A DNA stretch of 64,000 nt from a virus, in IMG/VR virus record IMGVR_UViG_3300042453_005575, positions 26,077-90,076 of that record; one strand, given 5' to 3'. Positions 48,454-57,829 of the stretch are shown in pieces. The notes beneath the pieces are model-generated. The model was not told where the DNA came from and did no database searches. It saw nothing but the letters and a program-made list of their open reading frames with translations. The position numbers and the translations under genes were made by a program. Within the stretch, counting starts at the first letter, position 1; each line of letters opens with the position of its first letter.

Positions 48454-48694
48454 TATTAAATTCTAATTGCTGTGTTAAAATTCGAATTCTGGTAGAACTT
48501 GTTTTTGCTTGTTTTAAAGCTTCATCTAAACTTCTAACGTTGCCCTCCAAGCGGTCTATTTTTGTAACAGGCGGCGGCGGATTTATAGGCGGCGGGCTTA
48601 TTCTTTTATGCGCGGGGTTTAAACAAACACACCCATTCAAACCTAATATCGCTACCGCCAAAAAAAAATATTTATACGTGTTAACCATAATCAC
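48446..48694 (-). CDS. Proline-rich lipoprotein (o-spanin-like)
   Basis: LGLNGC lipobox, SPPPINPPPP, short coiled coil. Confidence 0.5.
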   Translation of the reverse strand: MIMVNTYKYFFLAVAILGLNGCVCLNPAHKRISPPPINPPPPVTKIDRLEGNVRSLDEALKQAKTSSTRIRILTQQLEFNNE

Positions 48695-49074
48695 AAGTCC
48701 CCTCGTTTTAAATTTTTAGCTTCTTCCTCAGCTTCATTTTGTTCATCAGGAGAATTATAATAATTTAATTCTTTAGTATTATAAGGTCTAACGTGGCTAG
48801 CCTCATCCTCAACATCTTCATCTTCTAAATTAGAAGAAACACTTTTGCTTTCACTTTTAAATATACTTCTAACCGAGTCATCATAGACTTTATCTACAAA
48901 TAAAAGTTCGCTAGTACCTACTTCCCCTAAATAAACGCCTTGCCTAGGCTTTGTAAGAGAATGTTCCACACATGTCCATCTACTTTCTGGCGTACCAAGC
49001 ATTCTAAGTGCTTCGACTCTTTCTGCAGGTATAGGCTTTCCACTAACCACGCATTTGTAAAATTCGTTTGTCAT
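48691..49074 (-). CDS. DksA/TraR-type zinc-finger protein
   Basis: CVVSGKPIPAERVEAL...TCVEHS. Confidence 0.7.
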   Translation of the reverse strand: MTNEFYKCVVSGKPIPAERVEALRMLGTPESRWTCVEHSLTKPRQGVYLGEVGTSELLFVDKVYDDSVRSIFKSESKSVSSNLEDEDVEDEASHVRPYNTKELNYYNSPDEQNEAEEEAKNLKRGDL

Positions 49075-49078
49075 TTAA

Positions 49079-50842
49079 TTACTGAGGTTGTTGTTGAGGT
49101 TGCTGGGCTGCTTGCTGCTTAGCTCCTTGCAAACCTTGCGATTTTGATTCTGCTGTCATTTGTTCTAGCTGAGCTTTCACCTGCGCATATAGCTCTTGAT
49201 CTGTAGACTTTATTTGCTGTAACTGGGATCTTCGCTGCGCTCCGTCTAACGGAAAAATCTGTTGAGCTATTTGCTGAGCTTGCTCTAAAGCATCTTGAGG
49301 GGTAGTGGGCCTGCCTGCTCCAGGCTGTTGGCCGCCGCCCTGTAAAAGCTGCATTATATCTTGTTGTGTCTGCTGCGTTAGCATTTGCTTCTCTTGCTCT
49401 TCTTGTTGTATATCTTGTACAACTCGGTCCTCATCCATCTTCTTTCGAACTTGATCTTCATAATTGAAATTATACAGCTTAAGCAATTCAGATCTAGCAA
49501 TAGCGTTAGCCGAAACGAGTTGTCCGACAACAGACTTTCTCTCCAAGTCATCTGAAAATGTAATCGGAATTAACGAAATATTTGCTTTAGGTAGACCTAG
49601 AATATTTCCTATGACTTCACCTATATGGCTTAACAAAACATTGTAATTATTCGGAATTACACTCCAAGCATTTTCGAATAAACGAAGCATAGGCGCAGCC
49701 GCTTGTTGCTGAAAAGACATCTGAAACATCTCGACAGGAACGTCTAATGCGTTTAGAATAGAATTTTTTGCGTTCTCCATTAACTCCACAGGAGCAAGAT
49801 TTTTTCCTTCCCCGCCAAGTTGTTGGTATTCCAAAGGAAACGCAAATTTATGATAAGACCCTGGGTCTCGGCGATGCTCTTCAATCATATTATCAACAGC
49901 CGCAGACCATACCGCACCGCTTTGGTTTAAAAGAGGGTTTGCTGCTGGGTTGTTTGGGCTCGCCATAGCTATAACTCTAAAAGGAGCTATATCCTCAAAA
50001 CAAATTACTTCGTTATAGCGTTTTAATGTTTGAAGCATGAAAAAATCTTCAAATATAAACATGCTAGGAGGAACAGCCTTACCATCTGTTCTTATGGTGC
50101 TAGGTGTGTCTAATTTAAGATGTAAAAAATTCTTAGAATTAAAAGAGAGCATTGTTTTATTAAACACGCAATCAAATACAACCTTAGGTGTTTTTTTACT
50201 ATAAAATTTATTATTTTTTGTGGTTATTTTTTTAGAATAAGCTTGCGGGATATCCCAAAAATATTCTGATTCGCCGGTGGTGTCTTCATAGCGAATTTTA
50301 ATTTCTTTTGCGGGCCAATGCACAACATGTATTTTATCAATATCATTCGCAGGTTTATCCACGCATTCATGAAGACCTTTATAGCCACACTTGACGCATT
50401 GCATAGTGTAATCGCCTTTATTGAACTCGTAATTATTAAGTTTGTCTATATTCGACGCTTTTTGGCAGTTAGGACACACAAGAAATCTATTGAACCCTTG
50501 GTTTACCGTCAAAAACTCATTTCCATACGCCAATAAATTTAATCCTGCAACAGAACAAATTTGCTTCCACCTTAACTTTTCTAAAACTGATTGATATTTT
50601 TCTTTTGCTTTTTCATCATCGCATTCGATGGATAAAGATGTAATGAAATAGTTTGCTATTCTATTTAAAGCTTGCTTATAAAAACCATTTCTAAACAAAA
50701 AATGCTCTGCCCATAAAAGCATTCCATCGATATTGGTAGGCAAGTACTGGAGAGGTATATTGTAAAACGGATTGGAATATCTATCTTTCCCGCTATTATT
50801 TCCCACAGCAAAAAAACTATGAGGATCGTCTGTTGTTAGCAT
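49079..50842 (-). CDS. Probable portal protein with inserted zinc ribbon
   Basis: 587 aa; LLAYGNEF, FLHLK, LEYQQLGGEG, ILNALDVP, Gln-rich tail; CPNC/CVKC insertion; late-gene context. Confidence 0.55.
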   Translation of the reverse strand: MLTTDDPHSFFAVGNNSGKDRYSNPFYNIPLQYLPTNIDGMLLWAEHFLFRNGFYKQALNRIANYFITSLSIECDDEKAKEKYQSVLEKLRWKQICSVAGLNLLAYGNEFLTVNQGFNRFLVCPNCQKASNIDKLNNYEFNKGDYTMQCVKCGYKGLHECVDKPANDIDKIHVVHWPAKEIKIRYEDTTGESEYFWDIPQAYSKKITTKNNKFYSKKTPKVVFDCVFNKTMLSFNSKNFLHLKLDTPSTIRTDGKAVPPSMFIFEDFFMLQTLKRYNEVICFEDIAPFRVIAMASPNNPAANPLLNQSGAVWSAAVDNMIEEHRRDPGSYHKFAFPLEYQQLGGEGKNLAPVELMENAKNSILNALDVPVEMFQMSFQQQAAAPMLRLFENAWSVIPNNYNVLLSHIGEVIGNILGLPKANISLIPITFSDDLERKSVVGQLVSANAIARSELLKLYNFNYEDQVRKKMDEDRVVQDIQQEEQEKQMLTQQTQQDIMQLLQGGGQQPGAGRPTTPQDALEQAQQIAQQIFPLDGAQRRSQLQQIKSTDQELYAQVKAQLEQMTAESKSQGLQGAKQQAAQQPQQQPQ

Positions 50843-50847
50843 AATTT

Positions 50848-51015
50848 TTAATTACTCGCCCCAACCAAATCAATTATTGGTTTAGGTGTTTTTAATTTAC
50901 TCTTGTTTGCTTCGTCCGCAACTAAAAAACCTTCTTCGTCGAAGAATTCGGCTTTTTTAGTGTTATCAAAATCGCTAAGCGACTTTTCTGTAAGCATTCC
51001 GTTTTTTTCGTGCAT
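50848..51015 (-). CDS. Small hypothetical protein (55 aa; below the track length cutoff)
   Basis: Manual translation MHEKNGMLTEKSLSDFDNTKKAEFFDEEG...; ends 5 nt before the portal start. Confidence 0.55.
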   Translation of the reverse strand: MHEKNGMLTEKSLSDFDNTKKAEFFDEEGFLVADEANKSKLKTPKPIIDLVGASN

Positions 51016-51110
51016 AAATTATCCTTCAAATAATTGTAAAGCAACTTTTTTTATTTTTCAAGGCTACTTTCTATATAAACTTTAACTAACCTGTAAACTT
51101 TTGTGTACAT

Positions 51111-51773
51111 TTATTCTTTTGTTTTTAATGTTATACACCCATGCTTATCAATCAAAGCGTAATTTATAGGCAGGTCGCATTGAGACCCTAGGTTGACACA
51201 CTCTACACCATCGATATACTCATGGTTAGGGACATGTGTATGTCCGAATATAACTGCGTCATAATATCTATTAGAGCTATATTGTGCTACGCGTTTAGTT
51301 AATTCGTAGGCTGCGTTATGCCAAGTTTTAATTTTTTGTTTAATTTTACGAGTAAACACCTGTTTTTTATCTATTTTTTGCAGTGCGTAATATACCGCCC
51401 CAGCCAAATCTGTCAACAGAGGTTTTTTATTAATAAATGTATCCCACCTATCCCCATGGACAAACAGAAGTCTTTTTTCTCCCACAACAAGTTCATATTC
51501 TTCTTTAAAGTCCAGACCAAGTAAACAAGAGACTGTCTCGATATCTTTGTCATGGTTACCTTTTATAAATACGCACTGTTTGGTTTTGGTTATTTTTCTA
51601 AGTGTTGAGAGTATTTTCCACTGCTTTTTGCATAAACGATGTATGTTATAACTGTCTAACAAGTCTCCGCAAATAATCAATTTATCGTATTTTTCTTTTT
51701 CTAGAATTTCCAACGTTAAGTCAGCCTGGCAAATAGGGCTGCCTAAGTGTATATCAGATAAGCAAAGGATCAT
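51111..51773 (-). CDS. LpxH-like metallophosphoesterase (UDP-2,3-diacylglucosamine hydrolase family)
   Basis: LSDIHLG, CGDLLD, KGNHD, VHGDRWD, FGHTH, NLGS. Confidence 0.8.
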   Translation of the reverse strand: MILCLSDIHLGSPICQADLTLEILEKEKYDKLIICGDLLDSYNIHRLCKKQWKILSTLRKITKTKQCVFIKGNHDKDIETVSCLLGLDFKEEYELVVGEKRLLFVHGDRWDTFINKKPLLTDLAGAVYYALQKIDKKQVFTRKIKQKIKTWHNAAYELTKRVAQYSSNRYYDAVIFGHTHVPNHEYIDGVECVNLGSQCDLPINYALIDKHGCITLKTKE

Positions 51774-51789
51774 TCGTTATTATAATAGA

Positions 51790-52392
51790 TCAATCGTCTG
51801 TTTCAACAGGTAATTTAAACAATACCATCAATCGTTTATCTGGAGGATAAGAGAATGTTACTCCAGGGTAATACACTGCAAATTTTTGTTTTTCAGGAGT
51901 ATAGAGATTCAAGGTTTCCCCAATTTTAGGCTCGAAAACAACCATGTCTTCGTTAGAAAACACAAGCATGAAAGCCAACTCTTCCTCGATAACTTTTTCA
52001 ACTTTTGCTTTTATCTTACCAAACTGGTTCTCGAACTGTACGGTCTCTAAAACTCGAGAAACTTCCTCGTGAACAACATCTTTTTCCATATTTTTAGCCG
52101 CGTATTCTTGGTAACTTTCTAATGTTTTTTGTGCTGCACCACGCTTCGAAGCAATCTTTTTTATAGATTTTTTATTCGAATCCGCCAGCAATTTCCCTCC
52201 TTGATTTTCGGTCATTTTCAAAAGTATATTTCTTCTATTAGCTATATCTTTTTCATCCGCGTAGAATCTTACACCATTTTCAACTAGTTTAGCTCCGGTG
52301 TTCGAATACACCGGGCTCAAAGGATCTGCCTGGCCTATAACAACATCGCCTGGTTTAAGATGATTATTTTCTTCGTTTAATTTTTTTTCCAT
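51790..52392 (-). CDS. Hypothetical protein (late region)
   Basis: ORF of about 200 aa; likely ATG start MEKKLN at 52392. Confidence 0.6.
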   Translation of the reverse strand: MEKKLNEENNHLKPGDVVIGQADPLSPVYSNTGAKLVENGVRFYADEKDIANRRNILLKMTENQGGKLLADSNKKSIKKIASKRGAAQKTLESYQEYAAKNMEKDVVHEEVSRVLETVQFENQFGKIKAKVEKVIEEELAFMLVFSNEDMVVFEPKIGETLNLYTPEKQKFAVYYPGVTFSYPPDKRLMVLFKLPVETDD

Positions 52393-52462
52393 AGGAATAT
52401 TAGTTTTACGCACTTGCTGTTTGTTGTATAATACTTTTTATAAGATAAGCAAACAATTTATT

Positions 52463-52873
52463 ATGGCCAAAGGTATTCAAATCTCTAAACAAACTACAGT
52501 GTGGGATCCTTATCTGCTTTCATATAAACTAAAAGTATCGGTTGTCGGTGCTCAAGGTATGCCGGAAAAAATATTTGTCAAACAAAGAATCAAAAATTTT
52601 TCCAAGCAGAAGTTTGATGATACATTTGTGGCAGTAGCTACACCTGCGCAGTTGGAAGATTTTCATGAAGACGCTCCCGAAGAAGGGAGCTCGTATTTTA
52701 GAACTGACCAAATAGAAATAATCTCCCGCACACCTGAGGCAATCGCAAAAATTTTTGAATCTCTATTGTACGAAATAAAAAAACTTACAAAAGATCTCTC
52801 AGACATCGAGTTATTGTCGAATGCAGTGGTATATAGCATTTCGGATACAGGAAACATTACAATAATTCCTTAA
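52463..52873 (+). CDS. Hypothetical protein, possibly virion-associated
   Basis: Likely start MAKGIQ; FVAVATPAQLEDF...YFRTD. Confidence 0.55.
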   Translation: MAKGIQISKQTTVWDPYLLSYKLKVSVVGAQGMPEKIFVKQRIKNFSKQKFDDTFVAVATPAQLEDFHEDAPEEGSSYFRTDQIEIISRTPEAIAKIFESLLYEIKKLTKDLSDIELLSNAVVYSISDTGNITIIP

Positions 52874-52923
52874 AAATTAGGCAGCTTTATATAAACGCAA
52901 TACCGTAGCTTAATAAAAAAATT

Positions 52924-53718
52924 ATGCGCCCAAAAATAATTTTTTCTTATTGGGATGCTTCGTTTAGGCTGCCGTGGTTTGAAATGTGCGCATGTGCCAA
53001 CCATTTCGCAAGATCGCACGGTTATGAAACAATTTTATTCACGGATGACTTTGGGGAATCGGTTCTGTCAAAAATACCTTATTCTGAGATAAGAAAATTT
53101 CCTAAAGACGCATTTGAAGGGCTCCCTAACTACCTTTGGTGCATGCCAAAATTATTAGCTATGTCTTATATGCAAGAACCTTATTTTCATCTAGATAATG
53201 ATTTGTATCTATACAAAGATGCTTTGAAACATTGTTGGGGCAAGCAATTTGTTGTATTTCACAAAGAATCGTGGATACATAGAATGCCGAATTATAGAGG
53301 AATGCATAACGATTTAGATATACCGTGTAATTTACCCCCACACTACCCCGAGTATCAAAAAAATTTGACTTCACATAATTTTGGAGTTGTGGGTGGGACA
53401 GCTTATGAAGAAATTGCCGGCGTTTGTAAAGACTTAATAGTGTACGCTAAAGAACATTGCGACGAAATAAATGATTACCGGCGTACAAGACCTGGAAATT
53501 TTTTTATTTGTTTGTTTGAACAGGGGTGGATCCCTATGATGATGCTTTATAGATACGGGATAAAAACTTCGAAAGTAATAAACGAAGTGCAATATTACGA
53601 TATAAACTGTATGTCAGAAAAATTAGGTATATCACATTTTATGTCAGATTCAAAATTTGTTTGGAAAAAAAAGATTAATGATTTATACAAACAGCTACAA
53701 ATACCGTTACGCCGCTGA
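52924..53718 (+). CDS. Glycosyltransferase-like (DUF6734-like) protein
   Basis: LFTDD, LWCMPKL, PYFHLDND (DxD), NFGVVGG, LFEQ. Confidence 0.6.
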   Translation: MRPKIIFSYWDASFRLPWFEMCACANHFARSHGYETILFTDDFGESVLSKIPYSEIRKFPKDAFEGLPNYLWCMPKLLAMSYMQEPYFHLDNDLYLYKDALKHCWGKQFVVFHKESWIHRMPNYRGMHNDLDIPCNLPPHYPEYQKNLTSHNFGVVGGTAYEEIAGVCKDLIVYAKEHCDEINDYRRTRPGNFFICLFEQGWIPMMMLYRYGIKTSKVINEVQYYDINCMSEKLGISHFMSDSKFVWKKKINDLYKQLQIPLRR

Positions 53719-53857
53719 TAAAATTAATTTGACATCTAATTTTGCCATATTATATTGAGCTAAATTAAAAATCAACTAAAGCTAAACAAACAAAATTGTC
53801 GCTATATTGTTCGCAGTATAAATTACTAGTTACAAACAAATTATAAAATAAACAATA

Positions 53858-55399
53858 TTGAAACCGACTGTTTCAAAAAAAATAAAAATGCCTGTGACAT
53901 CATTACTAAAAAAATGCGCTCAATTAAAAAGAAACAAAAAAGGTGTTACTTCGTACCTTGAAAACTTAGGCTACTCAAAAAGAGAAATAGCTGAGATAAA
54001 ATCTAAAATTCCAAAAACAAAACAAAAATCGCTGCACGAAGAGCAAAACACAAAATATGCTGACGAAGAAAAATTTTCTGATGATTTATCTTGGAAAACT
54101 TCATTAAAGTTTACAGACAAATACGTCTATAATAAAGCTGATGATAAGTATGTTGTTTATTTAAAAGCAGCTAATGGAAATATAGTCATTCCTGGCTCTA
54201 CAATTCGTGGGATTATTGAAAATTATTCAAACTGGTATGACAATGCCCATAGTATAAACGAGCTGTGCAGAAATTATAAAATTCCAAAAACATATTTTAT
54301 GGAATTAAAGGATGTTTTTGGGATTACGCATGATTCAGAACCTGTTAGTAACGAAGAACTTATAGAAAAAAATATAGATAGTATCACCGAAGACATTCTC
54401 CAGAAAAAGAAATTTCAACTCTATCAAAAATTTCATAGACGTAGCTGGAAAGACACTGAAGAAGCAGCAAAAAAATGGATGGACTTTAATGAAGGTGTAT
54501 TAAACCCGTTTTCAGAATTTTTATCGAAATGGGAACCTCCGAAATATATACCTGTTAAACACCAGAGTATATCAGGAAAAACAAAAGCACAGCCTAAAAC
54601 TATGCTTGTAGGACTATCAGATATTCATTTTGGAGCAAAAGCCAACGCCAAAGATTCATTTAGGTCAAAAAGCTACAGTACCGAAGAAGCTACGGCGTGC
54701 CTAAAAAAATATGCCGAAGACATTAAAAAAGCTGTCGAAGAGCGCGGCTATAATTTTAATGAATGTATACTCACCGCGCTTGGGGATATTTTGCATACTA
54801 CCGGCGCAGGCTTCACAACCAAAGGAACTCTACTTGTACACGATTGCATTAAAGAAGAGCAGTTCAATGCGGCTTTTGATAGCACAGTTGTGTTTATAAA
54901 AGATTTGCTGGCTATATTTCCTAAAGTTCATGTAAAAAGCGTAAAAGGAAACCATAATGACTTCGGAGATTACGTGCTTTTCAAGACACTAGCAGCTTAT
55001 TTTAGAACAGAAAAAAGGATTACATTCGAAGTGTTCCAATCAGACCACGGCTTATTTAAAGTCAATAAATGCTTATTTATAATAAGTCATGGCTATAGCG
55101 CAGAATATAAGGGAAGACTACCTGCCCCAGGTAAAGCAAGAGAAAGTTATATAACTAATTTGTTTTTATCTCATCCTGAAGCTCTCCAAGGAGTAACTCA
55201 AAAAGTTTTGCTCACCGCGGATCAACATCATCTAGAAATGCGGGAATACGCTGAGTTTGAGCATTACATGCTGTCAACATCCGTGCGTGGCGACAAACAC
55301 TCAGAAGCTATGGGATTAAATAACATTGCCAGGCAATCAAGTTTTATTATAGATAACGAAGGGATTAAAGAAATAATATATAGCTATGCCAGCAAATAA
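53858..55399 (+). CDS. Large phage metallophosphoesterase
   Basis: LSDIHFG, LGDILH, KGNHN, SHG, ADQHH; TTGACA at 53729 upstream. Confidence 0.8.
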   Translation: MKPTVSKKIKMPVTSLLKKCAQLKRNKKGVTSYLENLGYSKREIAEIKSKIPKTKQKSLHEEQNTKYADEEKFSDDLSWKTSLKFTDKYVYNKADDKYVVYLKAANGNIVIPGSTIRGIIENYSNWYDNAHSINELCRNYKIPKTYFMELKDVFGITHDSEPVSNEELIEKNIDSITEDILQKKKFQLYQKFHRRSWKDTEEAAKKWMDFNEGVLNPFSEFLSKWEPPKYIPVKHQSISGKTKAQPKTMLVGLSDIHFGAKANAKDSFRSKSYSTEEATACLKKYAEDIKKAVEERGYNFNECILTALGDILHTTGAGFTTKGTLLVHDCIKEEQFNAAFDSTVVFIKDLLAIFPKVHVKSVKGNHNDFGDYVLFKTLAAYFRTEKRITFEVFQSDHGLFKVNKCLFIISHGYSAEYKGRLPAPGKARESYITNLFLSHPEALQGVTQKVLLTADQHHLEMREYAEFEHYMLSTSVRGDKHSEAMGLNNIARQSSFIIDNEGIKEIIYSYASK

Positions 55400-55682
55400 C
55401 GCAGATGATTTAATTGATTCTTATAATTATTTTATTGCTGAGCAAAATATACCTAGCAATTTCAATGAATCTTTGAACTGGACCTACTCCACAACATCTG
55501 CAGACGTAGGGTACATAAGCTCTTCCACCATCTCCGGAGTTGGGGCATATTCTTCAGAATCAGAAGAGCTGAAGCGTGTTTTAAAAGATCTACAGCAACG
55601 TATAGTTGTTTTGGAGCAGCATATTTCAAACAAGTCCACTACGCTTAACCAACCCGAGCACAGAAAATTAACAGCTCCATAA
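55386..55682 (+). CDS. Hypothetical protein
   Basis: Overlaps the previous stop; short coiled coil. Confidence 0.55.
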   Translation: MPANNADDLIDSYNYFIAEQNIPSNFNESLNWTYSTTSADVGYISSSTISGVGAYSSESEELKRVLKDLQQRIVVLEQHISNKSTTLNQPEHRKLTAP

Positions 55683-55700
55683 ATATTTTCGGTCAAATTT

Positions 55701-55742
55701 TTGGTATAATAATATGAAGAAGACGGCTTTTTGCCGTCTTTT
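55701..55742 (+). promoter_or_regulatory. Repeated promoter-like motif plus hairpin (copy 2)
   Basis: TTGGTATAATAATATG then AAGACGGC-TTTTT-GCCGTCTT. Confidence 0.6.
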
Positions 55743-55770
55743 TTATTAACTAACAATAGCAACAAACAAC

Positions 55771-55968
55771 ATGAAAAAACCAACAAAAAAACCTGCCGTT
55801 AAAAATAAAAAAGCTGACGCTAAAAAAACTCCACCAAAAAACGTAGCTAAAAAAGCAGCCAAGAAAAAAGAAGAAACCCCAGCAAAAACAACCACTAAAA
55901 AAGCTGAAAAAGCTGAAAAAGCTCCTGCTGGAAGTAGCCCATTTACCGCCAAATATTCCGCTTTTTAA
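55771..55968 (+). CDS. Histone H1-like Lys/Ala/Pro-rich DNA-binding protein
   Basis: KKPTKKPAVK...AKKAAKKK...KAEKAEKAP. Confidence 0.65.
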   Translation: MKKPTKKPAVKNKKADAKKTPPKNVAKKAAKKKEETPAKTTTKKAEKAEKAPAGSSPFTAKYSAF

Positions 55969-55972
55969 AAAA

Positions 55973-56623
55973 ATGAAGCCACGGACCTCATCAGCTGTAG
56001 ATAGTGTAAAGCTATACTTTTTTAACTCCTTAGATGCAAGATCTGCGGGATGTCCATACACTACGATAGCTCTATTGACTGGTGAGGACCCGTGGATTCT
56101 AAGGCATAAATATAAAAGTAATCCTACGATGGAAGCAAAGGTTATGATAAAGCATCTAAAATCCGTAGGGTTTAAAACAACTGAGATAACAGGAAATCTT
56201 TCGATGAAATATTTAAAAGATGGGAAAGGATTCACTAATAGTCATGTTATATTAGCCACCGTGAGAATGACTGCGCGTGAAGCCAGCTGGGTTGTTTTCT
56301 ACGGCGGGCTAATGTGGCATAATTTTGAAGCCGTGAGTACCAGCTATGTTACGTCGCTTACATTTCCTTTAATAAACGCGTTCATCTTATTTTTGCCTGA
56401 ATGGGATTACTGTGAGATTTCCGCAGTAAAAAAAGCTCGAATAATCGAAGAAGCTAAGCTATATAGAGATATTTCACATAGATACGATGGAATCACGCAG
56501 CGCAGCATACAAACACCTACACATGAAAAACCTGTCACTAATACTTGGGGTAGCAGCGATACTGCTGGGGGCAACAGCCCTTCAGACAACGCTGAAAGCA
56601 AGAACACAACTAAAAGAACTTGA
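55973..56623 (+). CDS. Hypothetical protein, possible papain/C39-like fold
   Basis: AGCPYTTIALLTG N-terminal Cys helix; downstream WVV strand; catalytic His not clearly placed. Confidence 0.35.
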   Translation: MKPRTSSAVDSVKLYFFNSLDARSAGCPYTTIALLTGEDPWILRHKYKSNPTMEAKVMIKHLKSVGFKTTEITGNLSMKYLKDGKGFTNSHVILATVRMTAREASWVVFYGGLMWHNFEAVSTSYVTSLTFPLINAFILFLPEWDYCEISAVKKARIIEEAKLYRDISHRYDGITQRSIQTPTHEKPVTNTWGSSDTAGGNSPSDNAESKNTTKRT

Positions 56624-56703
56624 GCTAGTAGTAAACCAAATGTGTTTATCTAACACAGTGTACTACAAAACCAGTAAAACAAAAAAAACATATTAATTTC
56701 AAC

Positions 56704-56775
56704 GCCCTTGTAGCTCAATGGTTAGAGCAGCCGGCTCATAACTGGTTGGTTGGGGGTTCAAATCCCTCCGGGGGC
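56704..56775 (+). tRNA. tRNA with CAU anticodon (Ile2 or elongator Met)
   Basis: D-arm GCTCAATGGTTAGAGC, loop CTCATAA, T-loop TTCAAAT; acceptor 3' strand one nt short. Confidence 0.78.
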
Positions 56776-56791
56776 ACTTAATTTACATATT

Positions 56792-56947
56792 ATGGGAATC
56801 ATAGACGAACTAAAAAAAACCAAAAACATGAAAGAACTTGATAAAATCATGGAGTTGGCCTCTAGCTATACGAATGCCTCGAATTCAACAAAACGAAAGT
56901 GGCTTCGTGTTTATAAAACAAAAAAAGAACTATTGGAAAAATCTTAA
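56792..56947 (+). CDS. Small hypothetical protein
   Basis: MGIIDELKK...; track start lies inside the tRNA. Confidence 0.5.
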   Translation: MGIIDELKKTKNMKELDKIMELASSYTNASNSTKRKWLRVYKTKKELLEKS

Positions 56948-56965
56948 TTAATACGCAAAAATTTT

Positions 56966-57039
56966 GCGCTCATAGCTCAACCGGATAGAGCAACGCTCTT
57001 CTAAAGCGTAGGTTGCTGGTTCGATTCCAGCTGAGCGCG
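56966..57039 (+). tRNA. tRNA-Arg(UCU)
   Basis: GCGCTCA/TGAGCGC acceptor stem, ACGCT-CTTCTAA-AGCGT anticodon arm. Confidence 0.93.
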
Positions 57040-57057
57040 AAGTGTATAATTACACAC

Positions 57058-57141
57058 GCTGGTGTGGCGGAATGGCAGACGCAAAGGACTTAAAATCCTT
57101 TGATCATATAGATCGTGAGGGTTCGAGTCCCTCCTCCAGCA
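57058..57141 (+). tRNA. tRNA-Leu(UAA)
   Basis: AAGGA-CTTAAAA-TCCTT anticodon arm, long variable arm GATC-ATATA-GATC, A73. Confidence 0.92.
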
Positions 57142-57153
57142 AGTCTTTTTCCT

Positions 57154-57828
57154 GTGGAAAACCTGATAAACATTCTAAAAACAGCCGAGAAATATAAAAC
57201 CCACGAGATGATAGAGGCGTTGCTTTGGCCGTGGATAAATTTCTATTTTAATTCGGGTGGCTGTGTTTGGACGATGCCTGGGCCACACGGAAAACTCGAA
57301 ACAGCTATTATAACACAATTAAAATTTCTCGAGCGGAGTCAAAACAAGCAAAGCAAAATTAAACTTTTTACGGTAGACAACAAGTTAACAGCTAACGAAA
57401 CAGGGATTGCCTATGCACAAGATAACATATGGAAACATGTTGTAGGAGACGCTTTTCAAGTGTTACCTGCAGTAATTCAAGCAGAACACCCTATGTTTGC
57501 TTGGTTTGATTTGTGCGGTCCATTAAGTGAAAAAAACATAATGGAATTAACAAAAGCCATAACACATATTTTCAGTCCTGGGAGCTTATTGTTCATAACA
57601 GCACAAACTCGAGGAATCAGAACGCCGCAGATTGTAAATTCTTTTATATATAATGCACTAAATAGCGCAGAAGACGTAGCATTCGCATTAAATAGTTATA
57701 TTATGCAAACCATAGCGTCTAAAGGAAGAAGCAAGCGTTTATTTGTGTGCGGTAAAAATTGGCCGTATATGTATTCTAGGAAGAATAAAAACTACGCTGT
57801 TTTTGGTTATGGAATAAAAAGCATATAA
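57154..57828 (+). CDS. Hypothetical protein, possible SAM-methyltransferase-like fold
   Basis: VWTMPG...LE, VGDAF, AWFDLCG, PGSLLFIT; likely GTG start after the tRNA. Confidence 0.4.
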   Translation: MENLINILKTAEKYKTHEMIEALLWPWINFYFNSGGCVWTMPGPHGKLETAIITQLKFLERSQNKQSKIKLFTVDNKLTANETGIAYAQDNIWKHVVGDAFQVLPAVIQAEHPMFAWFDLCGPLSEKNIMELTKAITHIFSPGSLLFITAQTRGIRTPQIVNSFIYNALNSAEDVAFALNSYIMQTIASKGRSKRLFVCGKNWPYMYSRKNKNYAVFGYGIKSI

Positions 57829-57829
57829 T

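Noticed and set aside
55750-56235. Phe-rich minus-strand ORFs resembling membrane proteins
   Set aside because: Antisense of the Lys-rich (AAA codon) histone-like gene
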